Translations under genes and position numbers: made by a program | Assembly (NCBI GenBank): GCA_963712025.1 | Contig: CAVQGJ010000010.1 | Coordinates: 262,886 to 326,885, forward strand | Length of the DNA: 64,000 bases | Source: an uncultured Verrucomicrobiae bacterium | GTDB taxonomy: Bacteria; Verrucomicrobiota; Verrucomicrobiia; Palsa-1439 | Direction: 5' to 3' | In this document: positions 19,134 through 28,866 of the stretch, piece after piece | Position numbering within the stretch: position 1 is the stretch's first letter | Layout of the letters: every line of letters starts with the position of its first letter | The notes under the pieces: generated by a model | What the model was told of the DNA's origin: nothing | The model's input: the letters and a program-made list of their open reading frames with translations, nothing else | Databases searched by the model: none

Positions 19134-20132
19134 TCATCCGCCGATGGCGACCATTTTGCGGCCGGGCATGTAATTGTTGCGGAACTCGTGTTCCTCGGGC
19201 TTGTTACGGATCGTCTGGACGAACACGTCGCGCAGTTGCGCGTCGGTGCTGTCCGCCGCCCGCAACACGGGTTTGATATCGTATTCGAGGTGCGCGCCGA
19301 GACAGGGGCGCAACTTGCCGTCGGCGGTGAGGCGGACTTTGTTGCACGTGTCGCAGAAATGAAGGTTGGTCATCGCGCCAATGAACCCGAGGCGCACCGG
19401 CTGACCGGACCGGTTCCGCAGGCCGCTGACCTCGTAATACAAGGCCGGGCCGTTTCCCCTGACGTCACGGGGCGGCTCGGGAAGCGGAACGAGTTTGTAA
19501 CGCTTCTCGATCCGTCGGCGGATGTGCCCGATGGAAATGAAATTGTCGTCCGTGAGCACTTCGCTGGTGCTGACGGGCATCAACTCGATGAACCGGAGCG
19601 TGACGGATTTCTCGCGGGCGAACTCGATGAGGTCGAAGATTTCCTGGTCGTTCTTGCCCTTCATCAGGACCATGTTGAGTTTGACCTGCGGGAACTTCGC
19701 CTCGATGGCGGCGTCGAGACCGGCCAGCGCGTCGGCGAGACTGCCGTTGCCGCTCAGCTCGCGATACCTGTCCGCATCGAGCGTATCGAGGGAGATATTG
19801 ACCTTGTTGACGCCGTTGGCGCGCAACGGGCGGGCGAGGGGCGCGAGCAGCGTGGCATTGGTGCTCAGGCCAATATCGGTGACGCCGGGAAGCTTGTTCA
19901 ACCGGCCGATGAACTCGACGACGTTTTTGCGGACGAGCGGTTCGCCGCCCGTCACGCGGAATTTCGTTACCCCGAGCGAGGTGGCGACGCGGGCCACGCG
20001 CAGGATTTCCTCGTAGGAGAGGATCTGGCCTTTCGGGAGCCACTCGATGGCGGTGTCGTGAGGCAGGCAATACGCGCACCGCTCGTTGCAGCGATCCGTC
20101 ACCGAGATGCGCATGTAGGTTACGATGTGCAC
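19134..20132 (-). CDS. moaA: GTP 3',8-cyclase. The ORF is open to 20246; the likely start is GTG 20132 or ATG 20114.
   Basis: YMRISVTDRCNERCAYCLP radical-SAM motif, ...FRVTGGEPLVRK..., and a C-terminal GTP-binding region. Confidence 0.88.
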   Translation of the reverse strand: MHIVTYMRISVTDRCNERCAYCLPHDTAIEWLPKGQILSYEEILRVARVATSLGVTKFRVTGGEPLVRKNVVEFIGRLNKLPGVTDIGLSTNATLLAPLARPLRANGVNKVNISLDTLDADRYRELSGNGSLADALAGLDAAIEAKFPQVKLNMVLMKGKNDQEIFDLIEFAREKSVTLRFIELMPVSTSEVLTDDNFISIGHIRRRIEKRYKLVPLPEPPRDVRGNGPALYYEVSGLRNRSGQPVRLGFIGAMTNLHFCDTCNKVRLTADGKLRPCLGAHLEYDIKPVLRAADSTDAQLRDVFVQTIRNKPEEHEFRNNYMPGRKMVAIGG

Positions 20133-20239
20133 GCCTGCACCCCACAATACGAGTTGGGGGAACCTATCGCAAGCCCAGACGGGCAAACCTGCTTGCAACG
20201 AGCAAGATCGGGGAGACCTTCGCACAACAAGCAGGCGGG

Positions 20240-20265
20240 TTGACATTGGTCGGCGGGCTTATATC
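20240..20265 (+). promoter_or_regulatory. Possible sigma70-type promoter (TTGACA ... TATATC) for the downstream lipoprotein gene
   Basis: TTGACA at 20240-20245 and TATATC at 20260-20265. The 14-nt spacer is short, and the ATG follows at 20275. Weak. Confidence 0.25.
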
Positions 20266-20274
20266 CTGACGCGT

Positions 20275-21357
20275 ATGCGGCGAGTTTTTCTGACAGCACT
20301 GATGACGGTATTGGCGGCCGGTTGCGTGACCGACCCGTACGCGCAACTCGAGAAAGCCACGCCGGTGTTATCGCCCGTACAGGTAGCGGAACTCCAGAAG
20401 AGCGCCAAGACGTCCGAGGAACTCGGCATCCGCATGCAACTCGCGAGGGGGATGGCGGGGTTTGGGGACGTCAATGTGATCGAGGCGCACGAGAACGTGG
20501 CCGCGCCGATGGTGGAGATACCGACGGATCAGCCGAGACAACCCGGGGGCCGCTATCGGGCGCCGGTGGTTCTTGCCTCCGTCAATGGAAACCCCGATGT
20601 GCCGGTGGCGTTGGACAGCGGCAGCAACCTGAATCTCTTCGGGTACACGCTCGCGCGCAGCCTCGGCATCCCGTTGATCACCGGCGTCAAACCGATCACC
20701 AGCCACGGCATCGGCGGGTCGGTGGACAACTACGCGGCGATTCTGCCCGAGATGCAGATCGGGTCGATTCAGTTTCGCCGGATGATGACGCTGGTCGGTC
20801 CCGACGAGCAGGTATTGGGCATGACGCACAGTTTCTGGGGCGACAAGCAGGTGATGCTTCTCGGCGTTGGCGCGCTGCGCGAGCTCTCGTATCTGACAAT
20901 CGACAATCTCCGCGGGAACGTCATTTTCGGGGCGCGCGACGGGTATTTGCCGGACGACACGCTGACGTTCATGACGGCGGTACCGCTGCACTGGATCGGC
21001 CGGTTGCCGGCGGTGGACATTTCCGTCGATGGCCGCGAGGCGGTCACTTGCATCCTCGACACGGGCGGCGATTACGGAATGCTGTTGCCGCGCACCCGCG
21101 CGAACGAATGGGGTTACTGGAGCCCCGGCAAAGGTCCGCTGACGATTCCCGGCGGCGTGGGCGGCGCGTCCCTGGCGACGACGTATCAGGTCAAAGTGGT
21201 GAAGGTTGGCGGAGCGACCTTCACCCGCGTTCCCGCGCGGACGGGCCTGATCGGGCCCGAAGTCGGTGGCGGCAACGTCTTCCTTGGCGATGTTGTCTTG
21301 CGCCGGTACCGCGTGACGTTTGATTTCAAGCGCGACACGCTGTGGCTGGAGAGATAG
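20275..21357 (+). CDS. Lipoprotein with two retropepsin-like aspartic protease motifs
   Basis: Signal peptide plus lipobox MRRVFLTALMTVLAAGC. Two D-S/T-G motifs (PVALDSGSNLNLFG and TCILDTGGDYGMLLP) with hydrophobic-hydrophobic-D-T/S-G context resemble bacterial retropepsin-like domains. Confidence 0.6.
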   Translation: MRRVFLTALMTVLAAGCVTDPYAQLEKATPVLSPVQVAELQKSAKTSEELGIRMQLARGMAGFGDVNVIEAHENVAAPMVEIPTDQPRQPGGRYRAPVVLASVNGNPDVPVALDSGSNLNLFGYTLARSLGIPLITGVKPITSHGIGGSVDNYAAILPEMQIGSIQFRRMMTLVGPDEQVLGMTHSFWGDKQVMLLGVGALRELSYLTIDNLRGNVIFGARDGYLPDDTLTFMTAVPLHWIGRLPAVDISVDGREAVTCILDTGGDYGMLLPRTRANEWGYWSPGKGPLTIPGGVGGASLATTYQVKVVKVGGATFTRVPARTGLIGPEVGGGNVFLGDVVLRRYRVTFDFKRDTLWLER

Positions 21358-21437
21358 GGGAGTCTAACCGTTCGCGGTTTCGGGTTCACGGTTGAACGGG
21401 CGGGTGTGAGGCACTATATTCGGCGTCGCCGCAACCC

Positions 21438-22577
21438 ATGAAGCGAGAACCGACAACCGAAAATCTTGGCACCCGCGTCTGCGTCGGCATGAGCGGGGGC
21501 GTGGACTCCAGCGTGGCGGCCTACCTGTTGAAACAGCAGGGGTACGACGTGATCGGGTTGACCTTCCGCGGCTGGCCGCAGGATTGCCGGTCGATCGAAG
21601 AGGACAAGTGCTGCGGCCCGCAGGCGGTGGCGGACGCGCGGATGGTGGCGCACTCGTTGGACATCCCGTACTACGTGATCGACGAGATCGACACGTTCCA
21701 GCGGGAGGTGATGGATTATTTTTCGGCGGAATACAGGCGGGGCCGCACGCCGAACCCGTGCGTGATCTGCAACGAGAAGGTGAAGTTTGGGTCGTTGTTG
21801 CGGAAGGCGCGGGCGTTGGGAGCGGAATTTATTGCGACGGGTCATTATGCGCGGATCACGGGGCCGGACTCGAACCATCGAGAACACAAGGAGAATGGAG
21901 ACAGGAACGGCAACGGCCGTCGGCATGAACTGCGAAAGAGCCGCGATCCGAAGAAGGACCAGACGTACTTTTTGTTTTCGCTCAACCAGGAGCAACTGGC
22001 GCGGTCGATATTCCCGCTGGGTGATCTGACCAAGGAAGAGACCCGCGCCATCGCCAAGGATATCGGGCTCAAGACATACGGCAAGGAGGAGAGCCAGGAA
22101 GTTTGCTTCGTGCCGGAGAACGATTACCGGCGGTTCCTGCGGGAAAGCGCCCAGGTGGCAGATGTTCGCGGCGACATCGTGACCCGCGACGGACGCGTGC
22201 TCGGGCAGCACAATGGCATTCACAATTTCACCATCGGGCAGCGTGAGGGTCTGAATCTCGGGGGCCAGCCGCGGCCGTTGTACGTTGTCGAACTCGATCC
22301 TGGGGCCAACCGCGTGATTGTCGGCCCGGCGGAGGATTTACTCCGCAGCGAATTCGAGGTCGGCAATTGTGTGTGGCACATGTCCGAACCAATGGAGCGG
22401 ATGGAGGTGACGGTCAAACCCCGCCATCAGCATCCCGGCTGCCAGGCGGTCGTGGAGCGTCGGATCGGGAAGCGTGCCACCGTGAGGTTGTCCGAGCCGC
22501 AGCGGGCGATCACGCCGGGCCAGGCCGCCGTCTTTTATCAGGGCGATCTTGTGGTCGGTGGCGGATGGATTTGTTGA
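21438..22577 (+). CDS. mnmA: tRNA 2-thiouridine(34) synthase
   Basis: PP-loop VCVGMSGGVDSSVAA, CCG..., NPCVICN, KDQTYFL and the C-terminal barrel. It carries a ~13-aa low-complexity insert (DSNHREHKENGDRNGN). Confidence 0.9.
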   Translation: MKREPTTENLGTRVCVGMSGGVDSSVAAYLLKQQGYDVIGLTFRGWPQDCRSIEEDKCCGPQAVADARMVAHSLDIPYYVIDEIDTFQREVMDYFSAEYRRGRTPNPCVICNEKVKFGSLLRKARALGAEFIATGHYARITGPDSNHREHKENGDRNGNGRRHELRKSRDPKKDQTYFLFSLNQEQLARSIFPLGDLTKEETRAIAKDIGLKTYGKEESQEVCFVPENDYRRFLRESAQVADVRGDIVTRDGRVLGQHNGIHNFTIGQREGLNLGGQPRPLYVVELDPGANRVIVGPAEDLLRSEFEVGNCVWHMSEPMERMEVTVKPRHQHPGCQAVVERRIGKRATVRLSEPQRAITPGQAAVFYQGDLVVGGGWIC

Positions 22578-22697
22578 ATGACGGGACGCCGACATCACCG
22601 GCAACTTCGCCGCGGTGGACGCGATGTACCTGTGGCTTCTCAACATAGATTGGTTTCGGGTTTGACGAGGGCTGATTCGTAGGGCAGGATACTGCAA

Positions 22698-24035
22698 TTG
22701 AGACCCTGCATGTTCTCCAGAACTACACAAATATTGGCGTGTGCGGCCATCGGCGCCTGTGGATTGGTGCTGTTGGCCGGGCCGGCGCGAGCGGTGACAC
22801 TGACCTTGTGGACGAACAACATTGTCATACCGGCTGGCCGGACGTTTCAGATGCCCATCACAGCATCGGATCCTGACGGAAACCCTCTGAAGTTTGAGGT
22901 GAAGGTCAGCAACAAGAAATTGCAGGCGGAGTTCGCGCCCAATTCGAACCGCAGCTTGTTGATCAGCGTCAGCGGCGTAGACTCGAACAACAACCCGTTC
23001 ACCGGCAGCATGGTTGCTCAACTTTTCGAAGACCTCACCCCACTAACCACTGCCCGGATCATCGATCTCGTGGACAGTAACTTCTACAACGGGCTTCTCT
23101 TTCAGAGAGTGATCAAAGGGTTCGTGGCCCAATGTGGGGGCGCGACAACCAATCTCAATCTGGAATCGGGGGTGCCCCTGAATGATGATTACCAAGCCTC
23201 TCTTATTTACGACGGGTTCGGCCAACTGGGTATGGCCAACCGGGCATCGGCAACAACGTCTCCCAGCATTCATGACTCCAACGACTCACAGTTCTTTATT
23301 ACTGATATGGATGCTTCCATGGCAGACGCGAATAATCAGTTGCCGGGACTCAATTTCGAGCAACCCATCTTTGGGCAACTGACGAGCGGTCTCGACGTGT
23401 TTGCGCAAATCATGTCGACACCCGTGGGGACGAATCCAGATACCGGTGAGATCAGCGCACCGCTGTCGAATGTCGTGATGACTTCCATCAGCGTGATTAC
23501 AAACTCGCAAAATACCGTGTTGCGGTTGACGGCGATTGGGACGAATTTTCTCGGGAAGACTGTCGAAACAAATTCGCTCCCACCAGCAGCCATATCGAAT
23601 TTTCTCGGAACTGTGACGGTCACTGTCAGCGCAGCCAATGCGGCAAAACAGGTGGCGACGCAAACATTGGTGGTCAACGTTGTTACGGACACCGGCTCGT
23701 ATCCGCCGTTTTGGGGGCCACTGCCCAGCAGTGTGACCGTGTCACAGAGTGTGGCGACCGCGTTCATTGTCACGGTGACGAACGTTGATCGAACCTCTAC
23801 AAGTGCCAGCCTCCATGATGCCGCCACCCAGGCAAATCCCACAAACATGATCATCGACCAGACTCCGCACACGAGCTTGCTTACATTCAGTCCCGACGCG
23901 ACCCTCACGGGTATCGTCCATCTGGTCTTCACGGTGACCGACAATCTACATCAGCCCGATATCCATGACCTCGCCTTTCATGTGCTTCCCAGAAGCCCGA
24001 CGCCGACGATGACGATTGTGCCGCTGAATGGATAA
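22698..24035 (+). CDS. Secreted cyclophilin-type peptidyl-prolyl isomerase domain protein with a C-terminal beta-rich extension. It ends at a TAA that is in frame with the next ORF.
   Basis: Signal peptide (ILACAAIGACGLVLLAGPARA). Cyclophilin motifs FQRVIKGFVAQCGG, GQLGMANRA, DSNDSQFFIT and IFGQLTSGLDVFAQI. GC is visibly lower than the flanks. Confidence 0.75.
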   Translation: MRPCMFSRTTQILACAAIGACGLVLLAGPARAVTLTLWTNNIVIPAGRTFQMPITASDPDGNPLKFEVKVSNKKLQAEFAPNSNRSLLISVSGVDSNNNPFTGSMVAQLFEDLTPLTTARIIDLVDSNFYNGLLFQRVIKGFVAQCGGATTNLNLESGVPLNDDYQASLIYDGFGQLGMANRASATTSPSIHDSNDSQFFITDMDASMADANNQLPGLNFEQPIFGQLTSGLDVFAQIMSTPVGTNPDTGEISAPLSNVVMTSISVITNSQNTVLRLTAIGTNFLGKTVETNSLPPAAISNFLGTVTVTVSAANAAKQVATQTLVVNVVTDTGSYPPFWGPLPSSVTVSQSVATAFIVTVTNVDRTSTSASLHDAATQANPTNMIIDQTPHTSLLTFSPDATLTGIVHLVFTVTDNLHQPDIHDLAFHVLPRSPTPTMTIVPLNG

Positions 24036-24038
24036 TTC

Positions 24039-24476
24039 GTGGATGCGGGTACAACGATGCCCAACCGCAGCCGCATCAGCGTGACCGGCACGTTTGCGTT
24101 CAACAGCCAATCCGACCAGACCTTTAGCAGCAACGATGTGATGGAGTTGAACCTGGGAGATCCGTCGAATCCGCTTTCCGTGACCATCACACCAAATCTT
24201 AACTTGAAAGTACGGAATGGCTCGATCAGCGGGAAGGCGCGCCTGTCGACGTCGACATCAAGCAAAGTGAACGCCTCGGCACAGTTCGATATTGTGAAGA
24301 ACACGTTTGCCATATCGGTCCAGGGGTTTGATTTTCCGCAGCCTGGACTTACCAACAACGAGATTCAGGTCGGGGTGTCGATCGGGATCAATTACGGGTC
24401 AGACCTGAGGCCATGGGTGGAGATACGACATGGGGTTTTTGTGCCGCCCGCGCCCCTGGTGACCGGCAATCAGTGA
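24039..24476 (+). CDS. Beta-rich hypothetical protein; same frame as 22698-24035, separated only by TAA + TTC
   Basis: GTG 24039 lies 3 nt after the TAA at 24033-24035 in the identical frame. The sequence (SVTGTFAFNSQSD..VTITPNLNLKV..) continues the S/T/N-rich beta-strand character of the upstream C-terminus. Confidence 0.45.
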   Translation: MDAGTTMPNRSRISVTGTFAFNSQSDQTFSSNDVMELNLGDPSNPLSVTITPNLNLKVRNGSISGKARLSTSTSSKVNASAQFDIVKNTFAISVQGFDFPQPGLTNNEIQVGVSIGINYGSDLRPWVEIRHGVFVPPAPLVTGNQ

Positions 24477-24497
24477 CGCGCAGCCGGGGGCGCCAGC

Positions 24498-24983
24498 CTA
24501 GCTGACGGAGATCACCTGGAATTCCTGAGACGGGCCGCGGGTTTGCAGTTTGAGGCGATCGCCGGTTTTCCTTCCGACGAGTTGCTGTCCGAGGGGAGAT
24601 TCGGTCGTAATGACCAGGATTTCCGATCCGCGGTGATGGATTTCCATGCCGCCGGCTTTCGGGCCGAGGAAGTAGAGCGTGTGCGCCCCGTTGGCCTCCA
24701 ATTCCACCAGCGCGGTAACATCGATCGGGGCGCCCGTCCCAAACCTTCGCAGTTCGAGGTTCTGATAAACGGTGCGGGCCTGCTCGGTTTCCGTTGCCAG
24801 CCGGGCTTGTGAACTGGCGAGGTAAGCGGTCTCCAGACCGCGCGTGTCGTATTGGTCCTCGGCCTTGTTCTGTTCGTCAGAGGCATCGGCGTGCATGGCG
24901 CGCGAGGCTTGCGCCAGCGTGGCGAGCTGTTCGGTAAGCTGCTCGACGATCCGCTGCACGATGATGCGTTTGGAAATCGCCAT
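24498..24983 (-). CDS. GreA/GreB-family transcription elongation factor-like protein
   Basis: C-terminal FKBP-like domain: EILVITTESPLGQQLVGRKTGDRLKL..QEFQVISV. Confidence 0.65.
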   Translation of the reverse strand: MAISKRIIVQRIVEQLTEQLATLAQASRAMHADASDEQNKAEDQYDTRGLETAYLASSQARLATETEQARTVYQNLELRRFGTGAPIDVTALVELEANGAHTLYFLGPKAGGMEIHHRGSEILVITTESPLGQQLVGRKTGDRLKLQTRGPSQEFQVISVS

Positions 24984-25087
24984 GGGTGAGGCGGCAGTCT
25001 GCCACGTTGCGCAGGCAATGCAAGGCGTGAAATCACGGATTCTTCGCGGTTGTCAGAATCTGTCGATCCGGTTATCGTGCGGGAGGA

Positions 25088-25402
25088 ATGTTTTTGCCCG
25101 GGCAAAAAGTGGTGTGCGTCAACGATGTGTTCCCCGATGCCATCAAGAAATTCTATTGGAAATTACCCGTCAGAGGCGTGACGTACACAATCCGCGACCT
25201 GGTGCCGGGCATCGATCCCGTCGGCGAAGCCGGGGAGATGTGCGTATACCTTGTGGAACTGATCAATCCATGCAGCGACATGCCACCATATCCGGAACGC
25301 GGCTTCAAGGCCGAGCGGTTCCGTCCGCTCGAAACGGACACCGAAACGGAGCAGGAGACGGACGACGTACCGCATGAAGTGCCGGAGCAAGTGGTGATGT
25401 GA
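25088..25402 (+). CDS. Hypothetical small protein (104 aa)
   Basis: ORF with an acidic C-terminus; no motif recognised. Confidence 0.35.
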   Translation: MFLPGQKVVCVNDVFPDAIKKFYWKLPVRGVTYTIRDLVPGIDPVGEAGEMCVYLVELINPCSDMPPYPERGFKAERFRPLETDTETEQETDDVPHEVPEQVVM

Positions 25403-25550
25403 GGCGCGGGACTGACGGTTTTCGGCCGGTCGATGAGGGTCATCCGGCGGTTTGGAGCCGGACGAGTGCTTTTGACCGTGCGTGTATTTTTCACGACGGG
25501 GCGCGGTTCTTGTGCTACAATAGTGACCACGTAGCAAACAGAATCGAGAC

Positions 25551-25946
25551 ATGATGCACCAGCAGAAGTACGGCCCTCGGGCGGAATATCGGCAGGAGGA
25601 AGGCCAGCGAGTCAAGGAGTCGGCCACCTTGGGCGAGGTATTTCAGAAACTGAAACGGTTGACGGTCAATTTGGAGTATTCCGACCCTCAGGGTGTCGCG
25701 AAGAGCAAGCAGGTCAGGTACGAGGTCAATCTGGCCAACGCGAAATCCGTGTTCCGGTTCAACTGCTTGAACGACGAGTGCATCCGCGGAGATTTTGATT
25801 TGAGTGACGAACTCGCCAAAGCCGTTTGTGAGCGGCGCAGTTCCGTGAGCGGGGAGGTGGTCTGCCAAGGTTGGCGCAGCCGTACCACCATCGATTCGGT
25901 CCATTGCCACAATATCCTGCGTTACACCCTCAGTCTCGGCTATTGA
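25551..25946 (+). CDS. Hypothetical Cys-containing protein (131 aa)
   Basis: ORF with pattern C..C...C...C..HC in the C-terminal half; unknown family. Confidence 0.4.
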   Translation: MMHQQKYGPRAEYRQEEGQRVKESATLGEVFQKLKRLTVNLEYSDPQGVAKSKQVRYEVNLANAKSVFRFNCLNDECIRGDFDLSDELAKAVCERRSSVSGEVVCQGWRSRTTIDSVHCHNILRYTLSLGY

Positions 25947-26196
25947 CACGACACTGCGGTGAATTATCAGGTTTCTGCCCAACGAACCCAAATGGCTCAC
26001 CCGGCGGAAAATGCCTACCCGATTGATTTACAGACACTTAGCACGCACCCTTGCGTCTCGCCCAGAATATGAGTCTTGGTGCTACGTCGTGGAGGAGTCG
26101 CAGACGATTTTTTCTCTTTTCAATGGCCTGGAGGTTTTGTAGGTTCTCTGTGACCCACCCCGTAGCTAGAATCGTATTAGGGAGAACTATAGTCTT

Positions 26197-28773
26197 ATGA
26201 CGGCATCAATGAATCGCGCTATGCAACGGATTACCAAGGGGAATCCACGGCGCAAGTTGTTCATCACCATCGCGCTTTGCGCCGTGACGCTGCTGGCGGC
26301 GAATTGGGCGCGGGCCCGGGACGCAGCCGAGGAGGTCGCGACGGGAGCTCAGGAGCAGTTTCAATTCTTCTCGTTCATGACCAGCTCGCATTACGCCACG
26401 TATGAACGGGTGGCGCTGTGGTGCGTGCTCGGGGTGGCCTTTTTGGGTCTCGCGTACGCGATGATGTTGATCGACGAGGTCAAGAGCGCCGACACAGGCA
26501 CGCCGAAAATGCAGGCGGTAGCCGACGCGGTGCGAGCAGGCGCCAATGCCTACTTGGCGCAACAGTTCAAGAAGATCGTGGTGCTCATTGTGATCCTGAC
26601 GCTCGCGCTGTACTTCACGGCGGTGAACTCGCCAATGCCTGTTGCGCTGGGTCGCGCGGGCGCGTTTCTGATGGGGTCACTGTTCAGCTTCTGTGTGGGG
26701 TTTGTCGGTATGCGGTTCGCGACGCTCGGCAACCTCCGCGTGGCGGCGGCGGCCCGGACATCATTTGCCAACGCATTGCAGGTCGGGTACCGCACGGGCA
26801 CGATCACGGGGATGTTGACAGACGGGTTGGGGTTGCTCGGCGGCACGCTGATTTTCATGGCCTACGGCGATAAGGCGTATGAAGTGTTACTCGGATTTGG
26901 ATTTGGCGGCACGCTGATCGCCCTGTTCATGCGCGTGGGTGGCGGCATCTACACGAAGGCGGCGGATGTCGGCGCCGATCTGGTCGGCAAGGTCGAGAAA
27001 GACATACCGGAAGACGACCCGCGGAACGCGGCGACCATCGCGGACAATGTCGGCGACAACGTCGGGGACTGCGCGGGTATGGCGGCGGATATTTTCGAGT
27101 CGTATGAGGTCACCATCGTCGCCGCAATGATCCTCGGCTACGCCTCGTTTGGACACAAGGGCGTCATCTTCCCGTTGCTGGTGCGTGCCATTGGCGTTAT
27201 CGGTTCGATCATCAGCACGTATAGTGTGCGCGCCAAGGAAGGCGATTCGGGAGATGCGGCGCTGGCCTCGGTGCATCGTGGTTTCTTGATCGGCTCCATG
27301 ATCAGTGTGGTGGGCTTTTTCCTGGTCGGATGGTTTTATCTGCGGTTCGATCAAAGCTACTTGAACATGTACCAACAATCGCGGGCTGGTTACCCCGGCG
27401 GTGTCGATGCGTTGCCGTCGTGGATCAACCTGGGGCAGGCGGGCTTGGATTTGCGTCCGGCGTGGACGTGCCTGATCGGTGTGTTTCTGGCGGTGGCGTT
27501 GAACAAGTGCACCAGCTACTTCACTCACACGACGCATGCCCCGGTCAAGTCGATGGTCAAGGCGTGCCAAACCGGTCATGCGACCAACATTATCCAGGGA
27601 CTCGCGGTGGGTTATGAATCCACGGTGTGGGCGGTGATCATCATTGCGATTGCCATTGGCGCGTCCGTCGGCATTTACTCCGGCACGTCGCCAATCTTCG
27701 TGGCGTACGGCGTGGCCATGTGCGGCATCGGCATGCTGACGCTGACCGGCAACACGATCTCGATGGACGTATTCGGCCCCGTGGCGGATAACGCGAACGG
27801 GATTGGTGAAATGGGCTACGACAAGGCCGAAATGGGCGAACAGAAATACAAGCAAGCCCGGCAGATCCTGGCCGACCTCGACTCGGTTGGCAACACCACC
27901 AAGGCGGAAACCAAGGGGATTGCCATTGGCTCGGCGGTCATTGCCGCCGTCTCGCTGTTTGCGAGTTTCATCGCGGTCATGGCGATGGGCAGCGAGGAGA
28001 AGATCAGCGAGATGACTACCACCCAGTATCACAATGTGGCTGGTATGCTCACAGTTGCCAATCCCGTGTTGTTTATCGGGTTGCTCATCGGCGGCGCAGT
28101 GCCGTTCCTGTTCAGCTCGATGACGATCCGCGCGGTCGGTCGCGCGGCATTCCTGATCGTCAAAGAATGCCGCCTCCAGTTCCGTGACAAGGAAATCTGG
28201 GCTGGAACGAAGAAGCCTGACTATGCCCGTGTCGTTGGAATTTGCACGAGTGCGGCGCAGAAGGAACTGATCGGTCCCGGTCTATTGGCGATCATGGCCC
28301 CGCTGGCGGTTGGCTTCCTGCTCGGGCCACTGGCGCTGGCGGGATTTCTCGCCGGCATGATTCTCGTCGGACAGTTGTTGGCCGTGTTCATGGCCAATGC
28401 CGGCGGTGCATGGGACAATGCGAAAAAGTTGATTGAAGATGAGCCGCGTAACATCGAGAAGAACACCGGCAAGGGTTCCGAACGTCACAAGGCGGCGGTG
28501 ACCGGCGATACCGTTGGTGACCCGTTGAAGGACACGGCGGGCCCAGCCATCAACCCCCTCATCAAAGTCATGAACATGGTGAGCTTGTTGTTGTTGCCGC
28601 TTGTGCTCAAGTTCCACGCCGTCGAAGGCGTCGCGGATAGTGGCAAGTCTCCCTATGCCATTGCCGTTGTTGTTGCCTTCCTGGCCTTGGCGGCGATCGT
28701 GTGGGCCGTCAACCAATCGAAGGCGGACTCGCCGGAAATGGCGCAGATGGAACAGGAATTCGAGAAAGCCTAG
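26197..28773 (+). CDS. hppA: Membrane-bound proton-translocating pyrophosphatase (V-type H+-PPase) with a long N-terminal extension
   Basis: GGGIYTKAADVGADLVGKVE..DDPRNAATIADNVGDNVGDCAGMAADIFESY, DNAKK and GDTVGDPLKD signatures; 858 aa. Confidence 0.93.
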   Translation: MTASMNRAMQRITKGNPRRKLFITIALCAVTLLAANWARARDAAEEVATGAQEQFQFFSFMTSSHYATYERVALWCVLGVAFLGLAYAMMLIDEVKSADTGTPKMQAVADAVRAGANAYLAQQFKKIVVLIVILTLALYFTAVNSPMPVALGRAGAFLMGSLFSFCVGFVGMRFATLGNLRVAAAARTSFANALQVGYRTGTITGMLTDGLGLLGGTLIFMAYGDKAYEVLLGFGFGGTLIALFMRVGGGIYTKAADVGADLVGKVEKDIPEDDPRNAATIADNVGDNVGDCAGMAADIFESYEVTIVAAMILGYASFGHKGVIFPLLVRAIGVIGSIISTYSVRAKEGDSGDAALASVHRGFLIGSMISVVGFFLVGWFYLRFDQSYLNMYQQSRAGYPGGVDALPSWINLGQAGLDLRPAWTCLIGVFLAVALNKCTSYFTHTTHAPVKSMVKACQTGHATNIIQGLAVGYESTVWAVIIIAIAIGASVGIYSGTSPIFVAYGVAMCGIGMLTLTGNTISMDVFGPVADNANGIGEMGYDKAEMGEQKYKQARQILADLDSVGNTTKAETKGIAIGSAVIAAVSLFASFIAVMAMGSEEKISEMTTTQYHNVAGMLTVANPVLFIGLLIGGAVPFLFSSMTIRAVGRAAFLIVKECRLQFRDKEIWAGTKKPDYARVVGICTSAAQKELIGPGLLAIMAPLAVGFLLGPLALAGFLAGMILVGQLLAVFMANAGGAWDNAKKLIEDEPRNIEKNTGKGSERHKAAVTGDTVGDPLKDTAGPAINPLIKVMNMVSLLLLPLVLKFHAVEGVADSGKSPYAIAVVVAFLALAAIVWAVNQSKADSPEMAQMEQEFEKA

Positions 28774-28794
28774 GGCTTCTCATCGTTGTTTGCA

Positions 28795-28833
28795 CCGGGG
28801 CGCAGCGAACCTGCGCCCCGGTTTCTTCTTTCC
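28795..28833 (+). terminator. Rho-independent terminator after hppA
   Basis: CCGGGGCGCAG-cgaac-CTGCGCCCCGG, a perfect 11-bp stem, followed by TTTCTTCTTTCC. Confidence 0.65.
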
Positions 28834-28866
28834 GGCGTTGCATGAAGGCGCGCGATCCGCTAACTT

